Below are positions 1 through 9,471 of a DNA stretch of 49,900 nucleotides, one piece after another. Below the pieces are notes generated by a model, which saw only the letters and a list, made by a program, of their open reading frames with translations, ran no database searches and was not told the origin of the DNA. Position numbers and translations under genes: made by a program. Source of the DNA: a virus (lineage: Duplodnaviria > Caudoviricetes); IMG/VR virus record IMGVR_UViG_3300042360_000665, positions 1-49,900 of that record. The stretch is one strand, 5' to 3'. Positions within the stretch are counted from its first letter, which is position 1. The number at the start of each line of letters is the position of its first letter.

Positions 1-99
1 CCAACGGTTCTCCAACCCGAAGCCTCCTCATACGAGGGGGGCGGCCTGCTGTTGCCTGAGCTGGACCCCTGGGGCGACGGCGGCCTGCTTCACCTGCCG
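1..99. repeat. Terminal 99-bp direct repeat (copy 1), assembly circularisation overlap
   Basis: Bases 1-99 are identical to 49802-49900, and the terL reading frame runs through the junction. Confidence 0.95.
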
Positions 100-1617
100 G
101 CCAGCATCACTCCAATCCAGGCGGAACCGCTGACCCTGCGCAGCTTCATCGCCGAGGCCTACCGCCGCTACGGATTCCACCGCTGGGCAGACGTCCTGAT
201 CGAGCTGCTCCAGCAGGTGGCCGATGGCCAGCTGAGCCGCTTGATCGTCACCTGTCCGCCCCGGCTCGGAAAAAGCCTCCTGGTGTCCAAGCTGTTCCCG
301 GCCTACTTCCTGCAGCGCTACCCGCACCTGTTCGCGGCGATTGCTTCCTATTCTGCGGAGCTGGCCTATGCCCACTCCCGAGAAGCCCGCCACTTCTACC
401 GGGTGACCGGCCATCTGCTGGCGCGCGATTCGGCGGCTGTGGGCAACTGGCTGACCCGCCAGCGGGGCGGGTGTATCGCTGCCGGTGTGGATGGCCCGTT
501 CACGGGCAAGGGCTACAGCCTGGGAATCATCGACGACCCCTACAAGGGCCCCGGTGATGCCGCCAGCCCGGCGCTGCGGCAGAAGCTGATCGATTGGCTG
601 CGCTCGGTGTGGCTTACCCGGGCTGAACCGGCCTCGGTGTTGGGGCCGGACGGGAGGGAGCAACCGAACCTTTCGGCCCAGGTGGTTGTGCTGACCCGCT
701 GGGACCACCAGGACGTGATCGGCTGGTTGTACGAGCAGGAGCTGGGGGAAGCGCCCCAGCACTGGACCGTTCTGGATCTGCCTGCCATCGCCGAGGACCC
801 AGCCGAGCGGCCCAAGCTGCCGCCCACCTGCACCCTGATCCCCGACTGGCGCCAACCAGGAGAAGCCCTGTGCCCGGAGCGCTTCCCCTTGCCGGAACTG
901 CTCAAGATCAGGGCCCGACTTGGCGCCTACTGGTGGGCCGCGCTCTATCAGCAGCGGCCCAGCCCGGCGTCTGGGTCCATCTTCCTGAGGCAGTGGATCC
1001 GGCCGCCTTTCCCCCGCGAGGAAGGCAGCCAGCGCCACTACGCCCTGCTGGCGCTCTCCTGTGACCTGAGCTTCAAGGGGGAGGCGGAGAGCGACTACTG
1101 CGGCTTCTGCTTGGCGGGCCTGCTGGCACCACCGGCCCGCTCTGCCATCCCCCGATCGGGTGAATCTCAGGGGCCGATGGCCCCGGCGGCGCTGGAGATC
1201 GAGGTGCTCTGGGCAGCGCGGCACCGCTTTGGCCTGCCGGAGGTGATCCGCTTCCTGCTGGGCTGTCTAGAGGCGCTGGAGCAGCAGGGCCTGCGCCCCC
1301 ATGCCGTGCTGATCGAGGACGCCGCCAACGGCCCAGCCGTGCTGCAGACACTCAGGCGCCGCGTGCCGGGGATGTTGCCGATCACCGCCCGCGGCAGCAA
1401 GGAGACCCGGGCCCATGCCGTGGCGCCGCTGGTGGAGGCCGGCCAGGTCCGCTTCCACCACCGCGCCCAGCCGCTGGTGGAGGAGGCGATCCGCTTCCCG
1501 AAAGGCAGCAAGGATTTGGTGGATGCCTTCTGCCATGGCGCCCTCTGGCTGGAAGGGCGCTATTGGAAGGCCCAGGGCATCCAGCCGGTGGTGACGCCAC
1601 TGCTGGTGAGCCGGTGA
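1..1617 (+). CDS. terL: Terminase large subunit (true start at 49772, across the circular junction)
   Basis: Walker A PPRLGKS, Walker B GIIDDP, RNase H-like C-terminus (SCDLSFKG..SDY, IEDAANG, FPKGSKDLVDA); frame open from base 1. Confidence 0.93.
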   Translation, partial: PTVLQPEASSYEGGGLLLPELDPWGDGGLLHLPASITPIQAEPLTLRSFIAEAYRRYGFHRWADVLIELLQQVADGQLSRLIVTCPPRLGKSLLVSKLFPAYFLQRYPHLFAAIASYSAELAYAHSREARHFYRVTGHLLARDSAAVGNWLTRQRGGCIAAGVDGPFTGKGYSLGIIDDPYKGPGDAASPALRQKLIDWLRSVWLTRAEPASVLGPDGREQPNLSAQVVVLTRWDHQDVIGWLYEQELGEAPQHWTVLDLPAIAEDPAERPKLPPTCTLIPDWRQPGEALCPERFPLPELLKIRARLGAYWWAALYQQRPSPASGSIFLRQWIRPPFPREEGSQRHYALLALSCDLSFKGEAESDYCGFCLAGLLAPPARSAIPRSGESQGPMAPAALEIEVLWAARHRFGLPEVIRFLLGCLEALEQQGLRPHAVLIEDAANGPAVLQTLRRRVPGMLPITARGSKETRAHAVAPLVEAGQVRFHHRAQPLVEEAIRFPKGSKDLVDAFCHGALWLEGRYWKAQGIQPVVTPLLVSR

Positions 1618-2315
1618 GCGTGCCGATGGTGTCCGCAGTGCGGGAACATCCCAGGCCATCACTTGTGGCGAGCCCAGGGGCTGCTGTGCTGGCGCCGGCC
1701 ATGGTGCAGCTGGTGCTGCCGATCACGGTGGTGCTCATCGGCGATGCCACTGGGGCAGAGCGGATGTTGCGGCAACGGCGCTGCTGCCGGCCGGCGTGCC
1801 ATGCCCGGGCAGAGCAGCTGGAGATCAACCTGCAGACACCGGCACGTCACCCGCCCACAGCCCAGGGTCAGCGGCCTCCGCGCTGCAGACCCCGTCGCCA
1901 GCGCCCGGTGCGGCCCCATGCCGCTGCCGATGCCCTGGCGCTGCAGCACCGGGACCTGGCGGAGAAGATCGCCGGCAACTTCGCCCGCCGCACCGTCCAC
2001 CCCAAGGAAGATCTGCTGCAGCTAGCGATGATCGGCTTGATCAAGGCGGCTCGACGGTATGACTCTTCACGGGGTCCGTTTCGGCCCTATGGCCGCACCT
2101 ACGCCAATGGAGAAATCACCCACTTTCTGCGGGACAACGGGTTCCTGCTGAAGGTGCCACCCACCTGGCGGGAGATTCATGCGCGGGGGCAGCGGTTACT
2201 CACCTCAGGAGTTGGTGTCGGCGAGATGCTGGAGCAAATTGGGCTTAGTCGCGAGCAGTGGGTTCAGATTGCTGAGGCCTGCTCAGTGCGGGTGGTGGCT
2301 TTTCCTGTGGAGTGA
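1614..2315 (+). CDS. Sigma-70 family factor, SigF/SigB-like, regions 2-3, apparently lacking region 4
   Basis: EDLLQLAMIGLIKAARRYD..F..Y..GEITHFLRD...LKVP; GTG start overlaps the terL stop (GTGA); start uncertain. Confidence 0.8.
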   Translation: MSVPMVSAVREHPRPSLVASPGAAVLAPAMVQLVLPITVVLIGDATGAERMLRQRRCCRPACHARAEQLEINLQTPARHPPTAQGQRPPRCRPRRQRPVRPHAAADALALQHRDLAEKIAGNFARRTVHPKEDLLQLAMIGLIKAARRYDSSRGPFRPYGRTYANGEITHFLRDNGFLLKVPPTWREIHARGQRLLTSGVGVGEMLEQIGLSREQWVQIAEACSVRVVAFPVE

Positions 2316-2401
2316 GTAACGCAGCCCACGCGTCGCGGCTTTCCTATGGAGAGCTTCGCAAGGAAACAGTTTTAGAGGGTTCCCGGCCGCCATGAATCTC
2401 T

Positions 2402-3157
2402 CTACTTTGGAAAGTAAGCCTTTTGGAGATACTCTTTCGCCATAGATGAAACGAAAGCATGGCCTTCTTCGATCGACATAGACTCGGTGTTGTTTTGCTT
2501 GGCCAACTCTTTGAACCCATGGCGAGAGTCGAATCCCGATAGCGAAAAATTATTGGCTGTATTCGTGAACGACCTGCGCGTTTTCTTCGAGGTTCCTAGC
2601 TCAATATTCTTTTCATTGGCAAAGGTTTCGATAGCCTCCATCAATTTATAATACGTAGTCCAACTTGCTTCCATGTCAAGATACTTGAGAATGAAGTAAG
2701 CATCCCTGTTCTCTGTGGCCAAATGCATCAATGGAAACTTAATGCTGGATCTGGATCCGTTTTCATACTCTCTGCGGATTCGGTCCTGGCCTATAAGAGG
2801 CTTTCCAAGTAGGCCAGTCGTGCCTCGGTTTGCTGTAAAGCTTACTGGAGTCCCCTTGTACAATAGCTTATAGATCGACGCCTTCCTGTACTCCTTCCTG
2901 AAGAGTATCGAGGCTCCGTTGAATAAGCTAATCAGCTCATAGCCTACCTGCCAAGCAACGTCCGGATCGGTTTCATTCTCGCAATAAAGCGTCGTCATCC
3001 TGAAGTCGTCGTTTGGGCAGTCCAGCCAGTCATCAACGCCGCCGCAGATATTGAAGTAGTCGCTCCCTGTTTCCGATGCTCTCTGTCTAAATTCTTGAGT
3101 GTTGCCGTCAAGCATAAACTCCCAATCTGAAAACGTGCTCAAGAGTTCCTCGCGCAT
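2402..3157 (-). CDS. AT-rich accessory (moron) protein, possible HEPN/ApeA-MauJ-like RNase
   Basis: Low-GC antisense ORF between terL/sigma and portal; C-terminal FTNTANNFSLSGFDSRHG motif; ATG at 3157 (MREELL). Confidence 0.55.
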   Translation of the reverse strand: MREELLSTFSDWEFMLDGNTQEFRQRASETGSDYFNICGGVDDWLDCPNDDFRMTTLYCENETDPDVAWQVGYELISLFNGASILFRKEYRKASIYKLLYKGTPVSFTANRGTTGLLGKPLIGQDRIRREYENGSRSSIKFPLMHLATENRDAYFILKYLDMEASWTTYYKLMEAIETFANEKNIELGTSKKTRRSFTNTANNFSLSGFDSRHGFKELAKQNNTESMSIEEGHAFVSSMAKEYLQKAYFPK

Positions 3158-3371
3158 GTAAGGGCCAATGTTCGCAGAGAGATGACTGGGTTCTTCGTGA
3201 TCTGCGCAGGAACGCTGAGTTCCTAAGTGAATAATTTTAGGCCGGCTGTGCGGAAGTGAATAGCAGGTGGGGAACTCATCACGCCTGGGTGCGGTCCGGA
3301 ACCGCATGAGAACTGATACCCAGCAGTCCAGGGTTGCTCTCTGGCAAGGGCAATGACCCAGCAAGCAGCCC

Positions 3372-4946
3372 ATGCCCACCGCCCGCCGCCGCAGAACCGC
3401 CGCCCCCAGCAGCCCCTTCTCCCCCTCAGCGCCGCAGCCTCAAGCGCCTGCTGAGCCCCCCTGGCTGGAGCACCCCGCCCTCAGCGGCCTCAGGGATCGC
3501 CTCCAGCTGGTCTACGACTGTTGGACCCTGCTGGAGCTCCCCGACGGCACCAGCCGCCGGCCGGTGTATCTCCCCCGCGGCATTGAGGAGCCCGAAACCT
3601 GCTACCTCAAGCGCCTGGAAGCCGCCCGGCCCACCGGCTTCTACCGCGATGCGCTGCGCACCTACGCCGGGATGCTGTCGCGGCTGGCCTGGCAGCAGCT
3701 ACCCGATTCCCTCAGCCGGGTGGCCACCGATGTGGATGGTCAGGGCACTGACCTGGGGGTGTTTCTGTTCCTGGCGGACCTGCTCACCCTGCGGGATGGC
3801 GGTTGTCTGATCCTGCAGCTGCCGCCCCAGCACCGCTGGCCTTCAGAAGGCGACCGGCTGGAGGCCCTCGCCATGGGCGACCGGCTCTCGCTTCCCCGCC
3901 TGCAGCTGGTGCCCCGGGGCGACCTACTCAACTGGCGCCTTCCCACCGACGGAACTACAGGAGCTCCGGCGTCGGGGCCAGTGGAGATTTTCTGGAGGGA
4001 ACCCCGCCGCCAGGCCCTGCCACCCCGCTACGCAAGTGGCAACGCCGCTGTGCCCACGGTGGTGATCGATGCCCATGGCGGCCTGGTGCCTGACCCGCAG
4101 GCCTGGCTCTACCGCAGCCTGTCGGTCACCGATGACGGCCTCGTGCTGCGCAGCTGGCAGGCCAATCCCAACCCCGGCGCTGTCGACGGCTACGACGTGG
4201 TGCCGGTGGGCGAGCCGGAGCTGATGCCCCAGCGCTTTGACCTGCCGGCCCTTTGGTACTCGGTGGATGGCACTGCCTTTGGCGAGGGCGATCTGCCCCA
4301 CCTGGGCTTGGCCCACCAGTACCTCAACCACTACCGCTGCCGCAGCGAGTACGAAGACCTCCTCTCCCGCACTGCCCTGCCAGTGGGTGTCCGCACCGGC
4401 CTGGTGGATGCCTACGGATTCCGCCGCAGCGATGGCGCCCTGGGATCTTCTGCGGGAACCGGTACAGAAGGCCAGCGCCCCCAGCGGCTGGTGCTCTCCA
4501 CCTCCTCCTTCATGGATCTGCCTGAGGGGGCCAAGTTCGAGTGGGTCGAAATAGAAGCCCGCTCGCTGGCGGAGCACCGGGCCTACCTGCAGCAGCTGGA
4601 AGAGGCGATGCGGCGCGACGCCCTGATTCCTGCCGGCGGCCACGGCCCGGCCCGCACCGAGCTGGAGGTTTCGCTCACCGCCGGCCAGAGCTTTGCGGTG
4701 CTGCAGTCGTTGGCGGGCCAGAAACGCTCGATGCTCAGCACCTTGCTGCTGCAGTGGACCCGGCTCACCGGCGAGAAGCTCTCCGATGAACCGGCCTGCA
4801 CGGTGGAGATCTGCCCGCTGGTCCCCCCGCAGCCGGCGCGCAAACCCGAGCCTTCGGTGCAGGAGTGGCTGGTGCTGCACGAGCGCGGGGTGATCGATGC
4901 GGCGGAGCTGAGGCAGCAGTTGGGGTTGGCGATCCCTGGTGAGTGA
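3372..4946 (+). CDS. Portal protein (DUF4055-like)
   Basis: 524 aa after terL; YLPR..EE...Y..RL, DVDGQGTDL, LAHQYLNHYR..SEY are portal-type motifs. Confidence 0.8.
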   Translation: MPTARRRRTAAPSSPFSPSAPQPQAPAEPPWLEHPALSGLRDRLQLVYDCWTLLELPDGTSRRPVYLPRGIEEPETCYLKRLEAARPTGFYRDALRTYAGMLSRLAWQQLPDSLSRVATDVDGQGTDLGVFLFLADLLTLRDGGCLILQLPPQHRWPSEGDRLEALAMGDRLSLPRLQLVPRGDLLNWRLPTDGTTGAPASGPVEIFWREPRRQALPPRYASGNAAVPTVVIDAHGGLVPDPQAWLYRSLSVTDDGLVLRSWQANPNPGAVDGYDVVPVGEPELMPQRFDLPALWYSVDGTAFGEGDLPHLGLAHQYLNHYRCRSEYEDLLSRTALPVGVRTGLVDAYGFRRSDGALGSSAGTGTEGQRPQRLVLSTSSFMDLPEGAKFEWVEIEARSLAEHRAYLQQLEEAMRRDALIPAGGHGPARTELEVSLTAGQSFAVLQSLAGQKRSMLSTLLLQWTRLTGEKLSDEPACTVEICPLVPPQPARKPEPSVQEWLVLHERGVIDAAELRQQLGLAIPGE

Positions 4947-5461
4947 GCCTGGCAAGAGAGGGCATGACCCAGGCCTCCCCACCCACCTGCAGCTGGCGGC
5001 CCGGCGACAGCGAGGCCCTGCGCATCGCCCTGTCCATCCCTGTCACCAGCGCTGCCCTGGCGGCGCTGAACCGGGAGATGGCCCAGCTGCAAACCCACTA
5101 CCCCACCGGCGTCTGCACCGCCCAACGGCACCTCGACGCTCTGGCTGAACTGGACCAGCAGCTGGCGGCCCTGACACCTGCTGATCTCAACGCTCCAGTG
5201 CGCAGCCGCCGCAAGGGTGTGGCCGGGGGCGTGGTGCCCAACCCACTGCCGCTGAGCAAGTTGGCGGTGGTGGAGTACGCCACCGAGCTGCTGCTGGAGG
5301 AAACCGAAAGCGAGTGGAACCCCTCGGGACCATCACCGGCGATGGTGCTGAACCGGCAGCGCAGCCAGCACATCGGCCAGTTGGCGCTGCTCCTGCCCCG
5401 GCTGCAGAACTGGCGCCAGTGCAACCCGGACCCGTTCCGGGGATCGCTGGTGCGGGGCTGA
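4943..5461 (+). CDS. Virion protein, putative head-tail adaptor-like
   Basis: GTGA-coupled to the portal (alternative ATG 4964); helical 165-172 aa; function inferred from position. Confidence 0.45.
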   Translation: MSLAREGMTQASPPTCSWRPGDSEALRIALSIPVTSAALAALNREMAQLQTHYPTGVCTAQRHLDALAELDQQLAALTPADLNAPVRSRRKGVAGGVVPNPLPLSKLAVVEYATELLLEETESEWNPSGPSPAMVLNRQRSQHIGQLALLLPRLQNWRQCNPDPFRGSLVRG

Positions 5462-5464
5462 GCG

Positions 5465-6634
5465 ATGGAGCAGCCCCTCTCGCCGCTGAACCAGGGCCTC
5501 AATCCCCTGCGGGGTGCGCCGCTGTGGGGCCAGCTGGTGTCTCTTCCTGCAGCCACCCCGGCAATTGACAGCCGGGTGGCCCAACCTGTTGCTCAGCCCC
5601 TGTGGCTGGCGTTGCAGCCCTACGCGAATGCCCGGCTCTGCCTCTTTGAGGTGGACCGGCCCGAGAGCCGCAACCCGATTCCGATCCGCCGGCACGTGAT
5701 CGACTGCTTCCTCGAGCAGAGCGGCATCGTCAGCGGCTACAACGACACCGCTCTCACCGACCCGGGCGATGTGCTGCTACGCGGCTACCTCTGCCGCTCA
5801 GCGATCCTGCCGGTGAGCACCAGCAACACCTTTGACTGGCTGGCGGCCGAGCTGGACTGGGCCACCCCCGGCTTCCGCGACGAGGCACCGCTGCCCTGGG
5901 ATCCAACGCTGCTGGGCACGGTGCAGGCCCCCTGTCAGGGGGTGATGTGGCTCGGGGACCTGGCCCAGCTCTCGCCCCAGGGCGGCCTGCCCAACGGCGG
6001 CCGGGCCCAGTTCGCTGGCTGCCTGGTGCAGCACTTCGGGGCGGACTACGGCCCCGGTGGCATCGGCCTGCTGGTGCAGCCACTACTGGGGGAAGCGATC
6101 CAGCTGGTGCTCCGGCCCCACAGCGTGCTGGTGCTCCGCTCTGGCGACACGTTGACCCTGATTGCGGAGCGCTACGGCACCACCGTGGCCACCTTGCGGC
6201 GGATCAACCCCCAGCTGGAGAGCACCCAGAACATCTCCACCGTTGAGGGCGATTCCCTGGCGGTGCTGGCGGGTCGGCACGGCACAACGGAAAGCAAGCT
6301 GCGCAGCCTGAACCCCGTGCTGCAGCAGAGCGAGCCCTATGTCACCACCGAGGGCGAAACTCTGAGCAGCGTGGCGGAGAGCCAGAACCTCTCCCTCTCG
6401 CTGCTGCGGCAGTTCAACCCGGAGTTGAGCAGCTGGCCGAGCAGCGAACCCCTGCCCACCGGCAGCACCCTGCTGCTGCCCGTCTACCGCTCCACGACGC
6501 CGATCCAGGCCGGGATGCAGCTGCTGGTGCCGGGCTATCTGCCCTCCACGCCGCTGCCGGCTGGGGAGTGGATCTATCTGCCAGCAAGGCGCTCTGCACC
6601 AGTGCTGGATGAGTTAAGTGAGCAGGGGTTCTGA
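5465..6634 (+). CDS. LysM-repeat virion protein (unknown, possibly head-closure-like N-terminus + 3 LysM domains)
   Basis: GDTLTLIAERYGTTVATLRRINP; GDSLAVLAGRHGTTESKLRSLNP; GETLSSVAESQNLSLSLLRQFNP. Confidence 0.8.
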   Translation: MEQPLSPLNQGLNPLRGAPLWGQLVSLPAATPAIDSRVAQPVAQPLWLALQPYANARLCLFEVDRPESRNPIPIRRHVIDCFLEQSGIVSGYNDTALTDPGDVLLRGYLCRSAILPVSTSNTFDWLAAELDWATPGFRDEAPLPWDPTLLGTVQAPCQGVMWLGDLAQLSPQGGLPNGGRAQFAGCLVQHFGADYGPGGIGLLVQPLLGEAIQLVLRPHSVLVLRSGDTLTLIAERYGTTVATLRRINPQLESTQNISTVEGDSLAVLAGRHGTTESKLRSLNPVLQQSEPYVTTEGETLSSVAESQNLSLSLLRQFNPELSSWPSSEPLPTGSTLLLPVYRSTTPIQAGMQLLVPGYLPSTPLPAGEWIYLPARRSAPVLDELSEQGF

Positions 6635-6703
6635 GGAGCTGGCAACAGGGAGTGCGAGCGCAGCCCGGACGGGGCGCCCGCAGCACCACAGCCGTGATGG
6701 GTG

Positions 6704-7651
6704 ATGCCCTCCTCCTTCTTCTCCTCTGATTCCAGCAGCGCCAACAGCGGCACTGCTCCAGCCCCCCTGGCCCCGGCTGCTCCATGGCGGAGCTACAGCC
6801 AGCACCAGCAACAGCCCAACCAGGGCTCTGCTGGCTCTGTCCAACCTGCCGCCGACCCCGACCTGCTCGACAGCGACGGCGCCGCTGATGCTGGTCTTGA
6901 TGCTGCCGACGGCGACGACACCCTCGACCTCTCCCTGCCACAGGACTCCAGCCCCAGCGACAACGACGACCCCCCTGCCGCTGCTGCCAGCACTGCTGAT
7001 CCCCTGCGCGCCGAACGGCGCCGCAGCAACCAGCTGGAAAAGGAGCTGCGCAAGGCCCGCGCCCAGCTGTCGCGCTTCTCGGAGATCAACCCGGACGAAT
7101 ACGCCCGCCTGCAGGACGCCGAGCGCAAGCGCGAGGAGTTCGAGCGCCAGGTGGGCGAGCGCGAGCGCCAGCTCAACGAGGCCAACCTGCGCCGGGTGCG
7201 CAGCGTCGAAAAGGAACGGGACGAGGCCCGCTCCCAGGTGCAGAACTTGCGTAAGGAGCGCTTGATGGAGCGCCTGTTCTCCGAGGCTGAGGGCCGCGTC
7301 GGTGGCGATGAGCGGGGCACCTTCTTTGACACCTTCGTGACGCTCTGCGGCGGTCACTTCCAGCTGGCGGAGGTGGATGGCCGCGAGCGGCTGGTGCCGG
7401 TGGACGGCAAGGGCCAGCCCCTCACCGCCGATGGTGTTGCCCTGAGCGATGGCGACTACATGGAGGAGCTGCGCCGCCACCCGGTGTACAGCTTCCTGTT
7501 CCAGCAGCGCAGCGGCCTCTATTCCGCTGCTGTGCCTGAAACGGGCCATGAGCACGGCGGCGCGGTGAATCTGCAGACGCTGAGCACCGCCGAGCTCTAC
7601 CTGGAGGCCGTCAAGGGCACAACGCCCAGGGCTGCTGCACCACGGCGCTGA
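6704..7651 (+). CDS. Capsid scaffolding protein
   Basis: Acidic disordered N-terminus, long coiled coil, position between portal and capsid genes. Confidence 0.65.
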   Translation: MPSSFFSSDSSSANSGTAPAPLAPAAPWRSYSQHQQQPNQGSAGSVQPAADPDLLDSDGAADAGLDAADGDDTLDLSLPQDSSPSDNDDPPAAAASTADPLRAERRRSNQLEKELRKARAQLSRFSEINPDEYARLQDAERKREEFERQVGERERQLNEANLRRVRSVEKERDEARSQVQNLRKERLMERLFSEAEGRVGGDERGTFFDTFVTLCGGHFQLAEVDGRERLVPVDGKGQPLTADGVALSDGDYMEELRRHPVYSFLFQQRSGLYSAAVPETGHEHGGAVNLQTLSTAELYLEAVKGTTPRAAAPRR

Positions 7652-7672
7652 TTTGCCAGCTGGGAGGGAGCT

Positions 7673-7948
7673 ATGGCCTGGTATCTGGTGTTCTGGCGCA
7701 ACCGCTCCACCGCCACGGTGGTGCCGGCCGCCAGCGCCAGCCAGGCCCGCTCCCGCGCCCAGCACAAGCAGAAGAAGGGCTATGGGGCGATCGTGGCCGC
7801 CCGGCGCGCCAATCCCCAGGACAGCCAGCTCATTCGCCGTGGCGTCTGGGTGCGGCGGCGGCGTGACGGATCCAGCCCCCAGTTCGGCAGTGCTCGCGCC
7901 AAGGCCCGGGCTCGGCGGCAGCGGAGTGCTTACCGCCATTGGCTGTAA
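7673..7948 (+). CDS. Small very basic hypothetical protein
   Basis: ATG with GGGAGGGAG RBS; 91 aa, Arg/Lys-rich. Confidence 0.6.
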   Translation: MAWYLVFWRNRSTATVVPAASASQARSRAQHKQKKGYGAIVAARRANPQDSQLIRRGVWVRRRRDGSSPQFGSARAKARARRQRSAYRHWL

Positions 7949-7989
7949 GGCCCGGCCACCAAGCGGCAGCCGGGCCTGAGCCCCCAGGC

Positions 7990-8208
7990 TCAGCAGACCG
8001 AAACGGTGCAGCCGGGGGTGCCCTGCAGCTTGCGGGCAAAGGCAAATGCCCTCTCAGCGGGGATCAGCCGCATCTTTTTGACGGGCTTACCGCGGCGGCC
8101 AAAGAACTCGACCTCACAGGGAGTGGAGCCGAGCTTCTGAACGCCGGGCTGATAGCGGTGAACCACAAGCAGGCGGACTTCACAGACGGGGCCTTGGGGA
8201 GTGGCCAT
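7990..8208 (-). CDS. 72-aa hypothetical protein (hairpin cassette A), probable paralogue of 31178-31390
   Basis: MATPQGPVCEVRLLVVH...VEFFGRRG...IPAERAFAFARKLQ; downstream of hairpin A. Confidence 0.65.
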   Translation of the reverse strand: MATPQGPVCEVRLLVVHRYQPGVQKLGSTPCEVEFFGRRGKPVKKMRLIPAERAFAFARKLQGTPGCTVSVC

Positions 8209-8240
8209 GGCTGGGGTGGAGCGGAGAACACCGACCAGAC

Positions 8241-8317
8241 GCCCCGCAGGTGAGCACTGGCCAGGGGCGAGCAAAGCGAGCCTTGCGTCAGCCCTGGCCA
8301 GCGCGAGCCGTAGGGGC
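8241..8317 (-). promoter_or_regulatory. Hairpin element A (putative ssDNA/cruciform promoter)
   Basis: CTGGCCAGGG 8257-8266 pairs with CCCTGGCCAG 8292-8301; outer GCCCC/GGGGC; shared core GCGTCAGCCCT at 8285-8295. Confidence 0.55.
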
Positions 8318-8696
8318 ATGCTGCGGAGGGGTTTCGCTCCGCCCAGCCAGCCAGCCTCCAGTGGCAACGGTGCAAGTGCCGTGCTGCCATCCCACCGCGC
8401 CCGGTGAACAGAGGTGCTGGCTCTCCTGGGATCGAGGGCTGTCCCAGCTGCTCCCGTCAGATCTGATGCGGCCCGCCGCACAGCGGCACCCTGCTAGCCG
8501 GCTCTGCAGCACCCCGGCCACCGTTTGTCTGTGGCCTGGGTCATTGGTCCCGGTCTGGCTGGTGGCCGGGCAATCCCTGGTGGCGATCACCCTCCTGCGG
8601 CTGCCACAGCGTCTGGCCAGAGCCGCGGAGCCCGAGCAGGCGCGAGAGGCGGAGCGGCGCAGGCCGAAAGGGGGCCCAGGCCCCCCGCAGCATCCA

Positions 8697-9035
8697 TCAG
8701 ACGACCGGCATGCACCTACTGCACTGCAGCCCACCCCGCCGCAACGCGGCTTCTGCCTCCACCTGCTGGCGGTAGCTCAGCTGGGCTTCTGCTTCTAGGG
8801 CGCTATCGATCTCATCCACCCGCGCCAGGCACAGCTGAATCGCTGGCAGCACCTCTTCCTCCAGCCGGGAGATCTCCTCTTCTCCATAGGGCCGATCAAT
8901 CCAGGTGCGCCGCAGCGGCCGGCCGGCATGACCCCGCAGGATTGATTCGATGGCTTTGCCGCAGGACTCCAGCAGCAGGAACGGATCCTCCTCAGGCCTG
9001 CAGAACGGAGAAGCGGCAGATGAGAGCGTGGCCAT
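8697..9035 (-). CDS. Hypothetical protein (112 aa)
   Basis: MATLSSAASPFCRPEEDPFLLLES...; protein-like composition; GC hairpin CGGGCCTC/GAGGCCCG upstream. Confidence 0.6.
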   Translation of the reverse strand: MATLSSAASPFCRPEEDPFLLLESCGKAIESILRGHAGRPLRRTWIDRPYGEEEISRLEEEVLPAIQLCLARVDEIDSALEAEAQLSYRQQVEAEAALRRGGLQCSRCMPVV

Positions 9036-9150
9036 GGTGATCGGCGCCAAGAGCGGCGCAGCGACGGGACCGATCCCAGCAGAGGCGCGGCCGCAGGACG
9101 GGCCTCAGACTGGAGAGGCCCGGAGCAAGCCCCCCGCTCGCTCCCAGTCG

Positions 9151-9417
9151 TTACCGGTCCATGCGCGTCAGCGCTGCTCCGCCCAGCAGCGCCAGCAGCA
9201 GCTTGAGGGTGGAATCAAAGCCGCCCTGCAGCTGCTCCAGCGTGCCGGGGCAGATCTGCCCGATCGATCGCCCCTCCAACGCCCGCTGCCCGCAGACCCC
9301 GGCAGCAAGGGAATAGATCAGCAGCTGGGTGCCGATCACCACCGCCAGGATCTTGAAGACGAACCGCTCGCGGTCGAACGGCGGCTTGGGCGGTCGGGCC
9401 AGTGGGCCTGAGTCCAT
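9151..9417 (-). CDS. Small membrane protein, holin candidate
   Basis: Two hydrophobic segments; directly downstream of the YkuD-like gene. Confidence 0.5.
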   Translation of the reverse strand: MDSGPLARPPKPPFDRERFVFKILAVVIGTQLLIYSLAAGVCGQRALEGRSIGQICPGTLEQLQGGFDSTLKLLLALLGGAALTRMDR

Positions 9418-9471
9418 CGCTGCTCTTCCCTCGCGATCAGGCCCCAGCCGTTGGCAGCACCAGCCCCGCCG

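Noticed and set aside
6614-7939. Long antisense or alternative-frame ORFs (e.g. 28-1224, 3924-4982, 6614-7939, 10745-11764, 21462-22487, 27212-28456, 45124-46728)
   Set aside because: Shadow ORFs expected at high GC, overlapping genes with clear motifs
8250-8798. Possible gene between hairpin A and the 8697-9035 gene
   Set aside because: Several overlapping low-complexity frames, none with a convincing start or motif
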